64,000 bases of DNA, taken from Oculina patagonica (taxonomy: Eukaryota). Location: NCBI RefSeq assembly GCF_052425735.1, contig NC_135759.1:15376001-15440000 (forward strand), given 5' to 3'. Below are positions 1 to 13,400 of the stretch, in pieces (the stretch's first letter is position 1; every line of letters begins with the position of its first letter). Made by a program: the position numbers and the translations under genes. Below the pieces are notes generated by a model. The model was not told where the DNA came from and searched no databases. It worked only from the letters and a program-made list of their open reading frames with translations.

Positions 1-672
1 TCGCTAAATACGCCTGATTTGCAGGCTATGCACATGTTGAAGAAATAAGACAGGCAGAAAACAAACTCCGCGTCACAAATAACTGAAATCAAATTTTTAG
101 ATTTCAGATGGACTTAATGTAACAGTGAGATTTTGTGTCCATACTTTAAATAGGCAAAAAATATAAAAAGAATTTTCATAAAGTAGGCAAGCCTTGCTCT
201 CAGATTATTGCAAATATGCAAATTAAATATCGATACATAATCTCTCGCTAAAACCGGTAGTCAGTAAACTCAACTTGATAGTTTTGAGATATCGATCGAG
301 ATATTTGATCACGTGTCCAGTTGATGCAATGCCCTTTTGCATTTTGCCAGAAGAATATTATGTTTGACAGGATTTTTTCAAACTTAGTATTCTTCATTCA
401 ATTTTCAAAAGGAATATGTACGAATGGTTGCACTTTAGAAATGAACTAAAGATTCCAATAGGTAGTGCTTGCATGTGGTAAAAAATCCTTCGTCGCTCAC
501 GTGCTCAACGATTCTTGAGAGAAAGCTGAATCAGTGTCAGTTTAAGTTGCGAAAGCAAAACTAGTCAGTTTATCACGTTTGGTCAGTTCACAAGCAATGG
601 TCCACTATTAATTCTCAATTAAAACTTTCTTACACTTTTTGGTTGCATTTTTTTAAGTTACTTGTCCGTCAT

Positions 673-2860
673 CAGTGGCAGATCCACACCTTTAGGTAAG
701 TGGGGGGCCCGATCATCCAGACCCTGGAATAAGTGGAGGGCCCGCTCACAAAAATAATTTTTCTCGGCCCATTGGGCCTCAGTTAGGTCTAAAAATAAGG
801 TGGGGGCTCGGGTAACTTTTTGGCAACTTTTCATATTTCGAGCAACTTTTTCCCCTTCGGGCAACTTTTTTCTTCTCGAGCAACTTGTTGCAGTTTGAGC
901 AATTTCGAGACCGAAGATCCCCGAAGACTATCCGAGTGTCGTTCAAAGACTATACGAACGTTCCCAAAGATTTTCGAAGAACATCTGAAGACGTTTCAAC
1001 TTTCGGCTCATTCTGTATCAAAACTCGTCAGCAAACATTACGCCATCCATATCTTTACGATTTTTCTCAATTAAAGAAATCCTTGTTATTTAAGGTGGCT
1101 CTTAATTGTTTAGTCAGAATGTCTTTATCACAGCTATACCAATTAAGTTAAGGTGGCCGAATACAGTGTTTACTTGGCTCAAAAGCGCGCGCTACGATTT
1201 TCTTCCTGACGTCAATATTGCTCGCGCGCGCTAAAATTGCGCTAGCAACTCTAAACAAAACAAAAAAGAGTTCCAGCTCTTTTACCGCGCTTGTCCAAAT
1301 TTGTATACAAGAGAAAACTTCAAAATACTTTCAGATAGGTCTTTAAACCTGGGAGGGGAAACAATACGACAAAAAAGGTAGATAAATAACCGACAGAGAA
1401 GTTCTAATTCTGTCTTCCTTAATCGCTCGCGACACATGGCGTCATATTAGCGTGCGCTCGCACGCGCAACTCGATTATCTTCGGAGGTCGTAAAAGCCAG
1501 TTTTTGATCCAGATTTTCTAGAAAACCTACCGTACAACCTATTATGAAACTTTCACAATCAATTTTAATGGGTGAACCACGCCCACAGCCAAAATTTTTA
1601 AAAAATGTGTAAGACAGATTTTGAGTTATTTTTAAAATCGGCAAAATATCACATATTTATTTTTTGCGAAAAATCTGTCTTACAGATTTTTCTATTTTTT
1701 TGCATGAAGGTTTAATCAGAGCCAATGTCTAATTTGTGAAATTTTGAGGTAGGGTCATACGGGTAGATTTTGAGAAAAACGCCGTTTAAGCTACTAGTGC
1801 CAGTCCCCTCTTAAGCACTCGGCCGTTCATTTTAGCTGTTTATTAGCATTTTTATTTTCCAAAAGTCGCATATGATGGTTTTAGGATGTAACAAATAGTA
1901 AAAAGAGAAAAATGAAACTTTTCTGGAGATTCTACAAGAGAGTTAAAAGTTGGACTGATTTTCCCTCTCAAAACTGTATTAGGCCACCTTAAGGAAAATC
2001 TTTTAGCACAAACGTAAACACTATTTACCAATAAACAATTTGAGGTCATGGTGACGTCAATATCTGTTCCGTCATATGTGGTTAAAGATACATTATTTTG
2101 GACCTTTTGAGGCTAATAACTCAAAAACTATTCGGTTAAAGTTTTTCGTTTTCACATAGTTTTATCCAACTGATAAAATCAATATTTTTGCAAAGTTTTA
2201 AAGAAATCTGTCAAAAGGATTCGGAGCCAAATTATTTTTGCATAAATTTAAGGTGGCTCTGAAAATTTCTGACAGAACTTTTCAAAAAATTGTCAGATCG
2301 TTTCTTTTGTCCTTTAGACAAAAATATTTGAAAAACAAAATCTTTTACCGTCTAGTTTTAGAGTAATTAGCCTTAAACGGTCAAAAATAAGGTATCTATG
2401 ACCACTTTTGTAGTTGCCATGGCAAGGAATTTTGACGTCGCAGTAACTCCAATTTGTTAATTAGTAAAACCTTTACAAGGATGTTCTGAAAGTTAAACTT
2501 CAACAATAAAGGTGAAACCGAAAATAGGGAATATCTAAACTATTACTAGCCACCTTAACACATTTTCCCCTTAATATGTTATATAGATACTTCTTTTGTT
2601 GTAAAATTGCATAAAACTGCTTGGCAATGTTACCCTCAAAGGAAAATTAGCATATATTTAGAGAAGTTTTTTTGATTAGAAGCAGCGATTTAGATTTTTT
2701 CGGGCAACTTTCGAGCAACTTTTATTAATCAGAAGCAACTTTTTTGGACTTTTGGAGCAACTTTTTGGGAAATTTAGAGCAACTATTTGAGAAATCTCGA
2801 GCAACTTGTGGAAAGCCCTAGGCTCAAGGCCTCCGGGCCCCTCTCCTAGATCCTCCACTG
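673..2860. mobile_element. MITE (CAGTGGC..CCACTG) split by nested non-autonomous DNA elements
   Basis: TIRs CAGTGGCAGATCC (673) and GATCCTCCACTG (2860), flanks GTCAT/GCCAT. An inner element at ~810-2820 has GCAACTTT subterminal repeats at both ends and is flanked by GGCTC. Confidence 0.7.
1152..1988. mobile_element. Kolobok-like non-autonomous DNA transposon
   Basis: TIR GGTGGCCGAATACAGT / ACTGTATTAGGCCACC with TTAA on both sides. It sits inside a related element that ends GCCACC-TTAA at 2554. Confidence 0.75.
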
Positions 2861-4439
2861 GCCATTTCAGGTTAAAAAGGGACAAAAAGTTAAACTGCTT
2901 GAATGGGTTGTCATATATCTGACCATATCTGTGGCGTCTGCAGATTCGAGCATTTGATCACTTTTTGTTAGCTTTGTAAGAACTTCACTTGTGTTTAGTT
3001 AACTGACTTATTTTCTGATTTTCTTTCATTAGAATGATCAAGAAGGACAAAGGATACAATTTCGCCAACAAACACGGGACTGGTTCACGATGATTGCACA
3101 TAACGAGCTGTTGATGGCATGTGTGCGCAGTGTTTTTATCTGTGATTGGAATTCGAGATTTGTAGCTTTCGAGGTCATTTGGCAAAAATCAAGTTTAACA
3201 GGAATGCATACGTGATGCTGTAAGAAATGGTAAAAACAATAAATAATAAATGAGATTGATAACGGTTATATAGTTTCTTATAATAGATCTTATCACGGTT
3301 TTCGACGCCATCTTGACGGGTAGGCAACGCGGTTAGAAATTACAGTGTTTGTATGGGAATTCGACGGCAAATATCTTTTACAAAAATTGAATTCTGGACA
3401 ATTTATGAATTGTAAAGTTAAAATACTAGGCAAAAATTTTTATTCGCCGAGTTTGAAGGATGTAGCTGGGCTAGAAAGCGTTCAGTTACGTTTTTAATTT
3501 CCCATACATTTGTCTATATTTTTCCGCAAATTGACGCGGTTTTGGAAATTTCACCTTAACACCAAGTGAGAATATTTCTATTTTGAATTTCCGATTTAGC
3601 GAAACTAGAGCAATTTCTTTCGTGATCTTGCCTCATTATTTCAATGAGTGCAATTAATATTCAAATAATCAATATTTTTGCGGCTTATTAATGAAGGAGA
3701 TAACTTTCAGATGTCATCTTGCATGCAAACTGTGAAAAAGCCATTTTGTAACTTAAAACACCTGCTTCCTAACATGATCAAAACGAGTAAAATCGGCGCC
3801 AAGCTAGAGCTATTTAAAAAACAAAACATTAAAAAAACAAGTAGGAGCAAGGACTACTGGGTCCAAGTCACTCAGAGACAAAATTATACTCATTTATCAT
3901 CAAAACAAACTTGCTATAAAATTATACGGATAACTTGTGAAAAAATCGCCGCCGTCGTGCTGTCCAGCATATGATATTAGCATAGTATTAACGAGGCTGG
4001 ATTCTGTATGTCATGCACGTACACTCGCGACAGCAGGTTTTCTAATTGTTCAACTCCAATGAGAATCTTTTTCTGATGCCCCGCTCAGTCTTCCAGCTTG
4101 AAGACGAAAACTTGTGGCGTCTATTTGTCTAAGTTTGACCATTAAATATAAGTTTTAAATGTTAATGCTGTAACAATTATATTTTAATTTAACGACTCCG
4201 TTAAATGCTTATGACCCTTGTGATTGCCTTGTAAAAGCAGGCCATTTAAGTTGCCTCTAGGCAAAAACGTTTGATTAACGGGATACCACAAAGCCTTTTA
4301 AGTGATAGCTGTCACTTTGTTTGATTGGCAGGTAATAATTCAAGGGCTAAATGTTTTTGTTAACGATCGCTTTCATAGTGGTATTTACTCCTTGACTGTT
4401 ACACCGCTAGCGCTGTGCCGACATAAACTCTGTCACAAG

Positions 4440-7400
4440 ATGAAGTTTATGGCATTTTTTAAAGTTGCTTCTGTCGTCTTCGTTTCTAAAATCTGCGATG
4501 CTTCTGACTATATTTTTGTGCCACACTACATGCATACATTTCTCTCGAGTCCGCGACCACAGACAACACCGACAACAACCCCATCACCGCCGCAACTAGG
4601 TTCAACGATACATCCGCAAGCTACCGGCTCAGGTCCTTCTGCTTCTCCTGCCCCTCTTTCGAGAAAAGTATGTCCAACAGAAGTTAAAATATCTTGGCAG
4701 CTACGACCGCCATTTACGTTGGAAAAGAATGAAAGTGAAGAACAACCGATGGACGGGATTTTCCATCAAGCCTTAGATTTCGCTTTGGGCAAATGCTGCG
4801 AGTTCTACGGAGGAAATAAACCAATAATGCGTTACAAAGCCATGTGTAACAACTCGTCCGCCCTTCATCGCGATATTTTCTCAGACGAATCGAGCCTAGT
4901 TTTTCCTATACAGGATAATCTGTACATAGGCAATAGGCGGCGCTACATCAACATATTAGATTCTCCTGGAGTTGTCTTGATACGAAGAGAAACATCCCAC
5001 TCGACAGACAAAGGTGGTCAATTGTTTAAAGCTATTTTAGAAACTTGGCCTATCGTGGTTTTGAGTCTTTTGATGTCCTCCTTGGCTGGAATCTGCATTT
5101 GGATGTTGGTAGGTTTTAATTTCCAAGTCCAAATTATTACGTAATGCGAGGAATTCGATATGAACTGGCGATTACCTGTCTTCTAACATAGAAAAAATGC
5201 TTAAAAAGTTAAAAAAATTAACATAGACTAAGATAAATTAACAAAGATAAATTTCCCTTTACTTAAGTATTGAAAGAAGTTCGAGTGCTCGAAGAGGGTC
5301 TGAATGGGGTTTAGTGTTTAGTGTTATTTGCCCATAGGTTTTAGTGTTTGCTGTTACATTGGCCAATTTTACTGTTTCCGGAGAAAATACTGTTAAGTGT
5401 TTGGAAGGTTTTTCGTGAAAACTCCATAGTCTTTTAGCTTTGTAAATTCTTATCTACTCTTCGAAAATCGGTAATAAAGTCACTCGTACTCATGAACTTA
5501 GTGAAAATTTTCGGATTTCTCCCCGGAAATCTTCGGTTGTCTCCGGGCATCTTCGGTAGTCTTCGGACATATTCGGTAGTCATCGAAAATCTTCCGAAAT
5601 GATCGGAAATCGTCGGAAAATGGCCGAAAACTTCTTAATATACTAAACAAAGTAATATTGGCCATTTTGAAGCCGTTTTTGTTTCTTTCTGGATAATTTT
5701 ACTGTTACAGTGAATCTTTTACTGTTAGTGTTAAAATGCCTAAAATTCAACTGTTTAATGTTACAGAGGCAAAAAATTAAGCGTTTAGTGTTATCGAGGT
5801 ACCCCCATTCAGACCCTCCTCGAAGTATTGCTTCTGACTAGCTATAGGATTTCCATTATGGCTATTTCTATAAAATAGAAATGTGGCGTTTGCTTAGATT
5901 GGCTTTGTGTTTTATTTTTGATAAGGATCTTTAAGAGTCATCTTGATGACTATATAAAAAGGCATAAGTAATGAACACATGCACACATCTTTTTTACCCT
6001 ACAAGTATTAGAAACTTTAGGGAACAGCGAAAGATCGCTATACTCAGTCGCTACAAGACTTTGCTTTAGTTGGTAAATTTCGGATAAATTTCAATTCCTC
6101 GAAAATTCTGAATCACGTATACCCGGCCCGTGAAAACATCAAAATACGCTGTATATGCTAGATTTTATTCGCCGACTTTAGTAACAGTCGCCTGTCTAGT
6201 CATGTTTTGTTGTTTTGGAACCAATTGTGAATGTTATTTGCTTTGCACTTCAAGAAATTGAAAACAGCTTTTTTGAAGAAACAGCCACCTGGCATGGTTT
6301 CAAAGTCCCCGCCTGCGGAATGTATTTTCTAAGTCCATTAATTGCGAATCCCCTACTGAGAATTTTCATTTAAAGTTTTATGTTAAGTATTCAAACTGGC
6401 ATGTCCTGAACTAAACTAGAGGCTTTTTATGACATTGATAAACAAAAGAAAGTGGGCAATTGCCGACGACGTGACATAAAAACACATTGCCTATATAAAT
6501 TGCCTATGTCACCCAAGGACCTAGGACTCGGTTGTTCAAAGAGTGGTAAACGCTCTCCGACACCCCGCCCCCCTCCCCCCCCCCCTTTTCCCCCAAGAAA
6601 GAAGAAGTGGGAGGAGTGACAGGTACAACGATCAATGTGTCTTGTATGGGTACAAGTTTGCCCAGAAACAATTGTCTGGTATGTTTAGGTGTTCATTTCA
6701 AAATTTCTACAATCAATCCCATCCCATTGCACATTGGATAAATCACTCTCCAGTGGACTCGTGCCACTGGAAAGTGATTTATCCGGCGGATAGCTTTAAA
6801 CAACCAACTCAGAGCAGGACCTCGTGAGTGTTGTACTGGCGGGCTATTATGGGTACTTGTTTATTAATTTTGTGTTAACTTTTGTTAAAGGACACCAGTA
6901 AAAATGAAGAGGAGTTTGGTCGTCCCTTCTACCGTGGAGCTTTTGATGGTTTCTGGTGGGCCTTTGTCACCATGTCTACAGTTGGGTAAGTATTGATACA
7001 TTGCTGATGAAGGACAAACTTAAACAACATATTTTCCTTTAAAAAAAGTTTTAAAATTTCTTAAAAGAACGTAGCAGCGGCCACTGCTGCTCGATGACTC
7101 GAAACACTTCCTGATACGCTTTTCAAGGCCAACATCAGCTAGCCTGCGTAGCTGGTGGGATTAGGTCGGGTCTGCCGTTCGCCGTTAACAAAGCACTCGC
7201 ACTCGGTCGAGAATCCCGCCAGCTAACAGCTGCTGCATAACATAAGCGTCATTTCATTTACATTCCACTGAATGTAGCTCATTTTAGTTTCATTTTTGTC
7301 ATTCTTGGTTCTAAGAGTTAAAATTATGTTTAGTTTGACGCACTTTCTTTAAAATAAACGCCTATGAGATCTTTTTGCTTATCAGTGGGGCACTGGCGTG

Positions 7401-10400
7401 TCACGACCGGTATGATGCCTTATTGAACGGGAAAGAAGCAGTGTCAAATCACGCGAATCGAAGAAACTAGCTTGTTTTCTCGCTGTGCGTTTAAAGGAAA
7501 AGAGGGCTTTGACAGCGCTTGGCATATTGCACCGCGGTTTAATTTAACCTCCCGGATAACCGGATTTTCTACTTCAGGAACGGGGATTTTAATACGAATC
7601 AAGCAGCAGAATTTCATTTAATTTTGGAAATAAATATCTTAATTATTCATAGTTTAAACGTTTTGCCCTCCTATGAAAAAATTAAACTGGCCGCATTACA
7701 ATCTGAGCCATTTTATTATACAAGGGGAGTCGGATTAAGCTATGGTATAAGTTCACATATGATTTGCCCATAGCCAAGCTGAACTATTTATTTATTTATT
7801 TTGTTTAATATTTATCCAGCTTCATCTAATCACAGAGATTAGAATTAGAATAAGTTTGAATTTACATTTGTTATTTTGAAAAATTAGATATGGTGACAAG
7901 ACTCCAAAGTCTATAAGTGGCAGACTATTTTCTGTGGTATGGATAATGACCGGTATCACTGTTTGCTCAATATTAACCGCCACACTTTCCAGTGCTTTGA
8001 TGAACGTCACTGTAGAGAGATATGACGTAATCACGGGAAAAACGGTGAGTAGCAAATCCGGGGGAGGGGGGAGTTCCCTAAACAGCACAGTTACAAATAC
8101 ATTTATTATAACTATTGGTTTGGCTTTTACAGATGTTTATAGCTTGTTTAACTTATAAGTTTTTTTCAACAAACTTTGTAGTCTTCAGAGATTTTTCGAT
8201 GTAGCATTGTCATTAATTAGCAAAGTTTTCTAATTATGAAACGCAAGTGGGTCCCCCAAAGCCAACCAATTTTACTTTGTCTTATCGTTTGTTTGTTTAT
8301 TTCTTTTTTATTTACTCGACTTACTGCCGAACAGTCTAGATGGATAGTGTAATGGAATATCCCGAGAAAGTGGATCAATAAGAATGCTTTAATCTCAATG
8401 ACCCAGAGAGCTGTGCCAGCGAGGACTTTGGTCCCCGACAGGTCGAACCATGCCGGATTGGTCGAAGGTTAGAGGCCAGACGAAGAACAGCCCCTGGTCC
8501 TCCAGGTTAAGGGCTGGGTGGTGGGCCGATAACCCGCTCCCGGAATAACCGCTGCGCTCCACTGGGAAGCAGGGGTCAAAGTTGTAAAAAGAAAACATAA
8601 AGTAGCAAGGTCGATGAGTTGATATATACGAGGAAAAAAATATTCAAGAAAAATATTTAAGCCCAGTTAGTTGAGGAAATTGATAACATACAACCATGTG
8701 TAATGGTGTCTTTGCCAAATAATTTTGCAGATTGGTGCACAGAAGAAGAGTTTTGCCTTCAAACGGGCTGTAAATCTTGGAATTAACGTTACCGGTAAGC
8801 AAATATTTACGGACAAAACTAATTGAGCATGCTGGCATCGCCCGGGGTAAAGCCCGGTTCAGAATTCGCTCGAGGTTTTCTGTCTGATTTATTTTATTCC
8901 GTGACTCTTTCTTGTTTGGAATCTGTGGTGTTGTACTGTTTAAAGAAAACCACCGCAAGTTAAACACAAGTCTGATTTATTGACTCCATGCTCGCGACGA
9001 CTACAAGGGAAGCGGGAGTTCCTTTCGACCGCGTGCTCGTATGATTGACAGATGTCACAACACTACATCTCTCCCCTTCTTGATAATAAACTTACAATCA
9101 TATATGTCGGCTAACAAGATCAAATAACTTTACAATAACATCAACAAATGATAAGCATGCCTTCTAGTAACGAGTCTTTTAAAGTGTTCAGTGTTTATGC
9201 TAGTAGATTATTTGAACGTAATCTGCGAGACTCGCAGGGGGTCTCCTTTGTCTCTGTGACCTCCGCAGGCCTCCGTCATTTGCGCTTGGGGGGTTTGGAT
9301 CTTCATCTTGTGTCGAAACTTCGGTTTGTTCAGCAGGTAAGTCCTCTGGTTCTTCCTGTTCTCTGCGATCTCCTTCAGCTCTCAGTTCTTTAGGGATGAT
9401 TTTAAACATGGATGAGTTTCGCGTTATGGACTTGAAACCGTCGCTAGCTGTAACCATAGATCCTTTCTTTTCCTCAACAACAAGGGGTTCCGGGTTAAAA
9501 GGAGTGCTTAGTTTGTTTTTCTTTGGTTGTCTCACAAGCACTGTATCTCCTGGTTTGATATTGCTTGGTTTCGTGCCCAGTTTCGAGTCTGCATACGCCT
9601 TGATCTTTGACTTCTGTTCTGTATCTCTCTCTGCCATAGTCTTCTGAGTTTCCTGCAGGGTGTGCCGTCTAGCTGGTGTTGGTGATACTTCTGGCAGGGT
9701 GATCTTGAGTTTCCTTCCATTCAGTGCTTCGCTTGGGGATACATTCGTGGTCGTGTGCGGTTTTGCACGATACTGTCTGAGAAATTTGTACAGTTCCTTT
9801 TTCCATTTTTTTCCTTCAACGACAGCAGTTCGCACACACTTCTCAAGGTTTGGCATAAAACGCTCTGCCTCGCCATTGGCTCTCGGCCAAAGAGGTTGAA
9901 CTTTCCTGTGATGGAATCCTAAATGCTTCGCAAAGTTGCTGAACTCAACTCTGTTAAAAGGGGGGCCATTGTCTGTCTTCAGTTCGTCAGGGATTCCCTG
10001 CCTTGCAAATATGGCGTCGAGCCTCGGAATGACAGATTTGGCTGATGTGGACTTGACGATCTCAACTTCCGGGAAGCGGCTGTATTCGTCAATGACAACT
10101 AGGAGATAGTCACCCGAAGGGAATGGTCCAAGGAAATCCATTGCCAGCATTTTCCATGGCCCACTAGGTAGCGGCGTCATCTGCAGAGGTTCGATTCGCG
10201 ATGACTTGCTTGGAGTTACTGCTTGACCATCTTGTCTATCCCAGGGAATCAAACTTTCTCACGAATTAAGCGCTTCGTCTTTACGATGCCTTGATGTCCC
10301 ACATGCGCCAGTTCTACGGCTCTTTCTCTCAGCTTGCTTGGGACAACGATTCTGTTACCTCTCCGTATCACTCCACTGTAGACCAGTAGCTCGTCCTTGA

Positions 10401-13400
10401 GTCTTTTGTAGTCCAGTATCTCAGGATCAGTCCAGCGGTCTGTCTCGATCGCCTTGATCAGTGACTGGAGTGTGGAATCTTTCTCTGTTTCAGCTTGAAT
10501 CTCTTGAAGTGTCATAGCCTTTGGTACGGCATTGGTGCAAACATAGTTCACATACTCATCGGCAACGTTTTTCTCTGCGGTTGCTTGGAGGTTTGGGTGT
10601 CTGCTCATGAAGTCAGCGGGGTTCTCAGCATCCTTTCCGGGTCGATACACAAGATGACAGTTGTACGGCATCAGCCGTAGCTTCCATCGGTCCATGCGAG
10701 CTGAAGTGGGCTTGTGACTCTTAAAGATGCCTAGGAGAGGCTTGTGATCCGTCACGATTGTAAACTCAGATCCGTAAAGGTAAAGATGAAAATGTTCCAG
10801 AGCCCACACGATCGCTAGCATTTCCCTCTCTGTTTGTGAGTATCTGGTTTTCACGTCACTGAGTGCTCGACTCGCGTAGCTGATAACCTTGGCGTCCTGC
10901 GCTAGTATTCCTCCAAGACCGGCAGGGCTTGCGTCGACAATCACTTCGGTCTCTTGAGCAGGATTGAAGTATGACATGAAATGGTTCTTAGTCAGACTGT
11001 CCTTGAGTTTGTCAAACGCATGTTGCTGTTCGTCGGAACACTGCCAAGGTGTCTCCTTCTTGGCGAGAGCCCGTAACGGTGCCGTGATTGTAGCATACTC
11101 TGGGATGTAGCGCGATACGTACTGGGCCAATCCTAGTAGAGACTTGACTTCGGTAACACTCTCTGGCTCGGTCATGTTCGTGATGGCCTCTATCTTCTTA
11201 GGATCTGCTCTTATTCCCTCTCTGCTGAAGAAGTGGCCGTAAAATGAGATCTCGCTCTTCGAGAAACTGCATTTCTCCTTGTTCAGGCGTACATCATGTT
11301 GTTGGAGTCTGGTCAGGACACCATAGAGATTCTGGTCATGCTCTGCCGTGGTTGCTCCGAACACGATGATGTCGTCAGAGATATTTTTGCATCCCGGTAG
11401 GCCTGTAAGTATTTCCTCGATTGCATTCTGGAAGATCTCTGATGCAGCGTTTATTCCGAACATCAGACGTTTGTACCTCCTCAGAGGTACAAACACATGA
11501 GTGCTAAATGTCGTGATGTGGCGACTCTCTGGTTCTAGCTCAAGTTGATGGTATCCGGAGGAGAGGTCTAGCTTGCTGAAGACGGTCGCACCGTTTAGAT
11601 CGGCGACTAGGTCATCTATGGTCGGCATCAGGTGCTTCTCACGCTTTACCGCCTTGCTAGCTTCTCGCATGTCTACGCATAATCTGACTTCTCCAGAGCT
11701 CTTTGGGACCACTACGATGGGGCTTACCCATGGGGTTGGGCCTGTCATCTTTTCGATGATGTCTAAGCTCTCTAGTCTCTCCAGCTCCTTTTCCACGTCT
11801 TGCCGTACATGAAAGGGGATTCGGCGGTGTGGTTGTTGTTTGGGCTGCACATCCGGGTCTATGTGAAGCTTGACTACCTTTCCTTTCACTTTGCCGATGC
11901 CGCCAAACAGATTTTCAAATTCGCCGCTCGCCAGGTACTGGGGACTAGTTTTGTCTTCTCCGACTTGGTTGACAATCTTTAAAAGTTCTAGCCTTTGCGC
12001 GGTGTCATATCCTAGGAGATTTCCTGAACTGCCTTTAACAACGTGCAGAGTTGCTGATGTGCTGTTGGATTTTGCAGTTATCTTGGCGTGAATGGTTCCT
12101 AGCAGGGGTAGGGGTGTGGGTGATCCATAAGAGAAAATTCGCCGTTTGGATTGTTCTAGAGGTTTTACTTTGCCTTTGTAGATTCTTTGGTAGGTGACTG
12201 CGTCGATGAGATTAACTGAAGCTCCGGAATCCAGCATCAGTTCTACGTATTCTCCGTCGATATCCAATCTGCACATGGGTTGTTTCTTCTCTCCTACTGC
12301 GTATACGTAGTCTTCCTCATCTGTGTCTTCTTCTTCCGTCACGTGTTTCACCGAACCGGGTGGAACTGTTCTACAAACTTTAGCAAAATGATTGAACTTG
12401 CCACAGGAGGTGCACTTCTTGTTTTTAGCAGGGCAGGAGTGTTTGTGGGGGTAAGCGCCACCACAATTTCTGCATTTTGATGACTCTTCAGTCTTGCGTG
12501 ACTCCTTGCGTGACTCGCTGCGTGATTCGCTGTGTTCCTCTCGTCGGCGACCTTCGCCTTTCTTTGGACGCCTGTCGCTCTTCTTTTTGTGATTTACAGT
12601 GTTAACCGTCGTTTTGTCACTCTCCACTTCTTTAGCTTGCATATCACTGAGCTCCAGGGTTCTGCCAGCTTTTAAAAGTGCAGTTAAATCAAGGTCTTCA
12701 CGTAGTGCTTTCCGCCTCAGTGCGTTTGACTTGCAGCTTAAAATAATTTGCTCCTTGATTTCTTTATCGGCATTTGCAAATTCGCAGGTCTTCGCAAGAG
12801 TTCGAAGTCTTGTATGGAAACTGTCCAAACTCTAGATCTCGCCTTCGTTTTGCTGAGCTTTCCTGAAATTGTAGACCTCGTAAGTCGTGTTGACTTGGGG
12901 ATTGAAGTGAGCGGTAAGTTTTTCGACGGCCGTTTTGTAATCTTTGTCTTCGCCGGTGCCTTCAAGCGTGTCGAAGATCTCGTCGACTTCGGGACCGCTG
13001 TAATGTAGCAGAAGAGCACGTTTTTGTTTTGCCTCTTCGATACCCATTCCTACAATTAGATTCTCGAATCTGGCTAGCCATTTCTTCCACCTTGGACCCA
13101 CATTGCCGTCTAGGTGTACTTGGAAAGCCGGGAAAGTCGGAAGCGAAACTGCCATTTTGTCAAATCTTGTCAGGATTATCTTGTCCGCGCTTTGGGATTT
13201 CAGAAGTACCCAACGAAGGTTTTATCAAAATCCATTCATTAGTGGCCTAGATTATAAATGGGCATGCGCAAAGGCATTTCCAGTTAATTTTTAACTACCG
13301 GGGAAAAAATATCCGCTCTCAGAGCCAGCTAGCAATTATTTTAATAGCCGTTTTCGCCAGCCAGCACCAAGTTCTGACTTTTTCCCAGCAGGAACATTTG

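Noticed and set aside
4302-4439. ORF-track upstream extensions of the channel first exons (4302 and 18627)
   Set aside because: They have GTG starts. ATGs at 4440 and 18762 begin matching signal peptides (MKF../MKL..).
9148-13294. Plus-strand ORFs overlapping the retrotransposon, and those antisense to the decarboxylases
   Set aside because: They are antisense shadows of real coding sequence.
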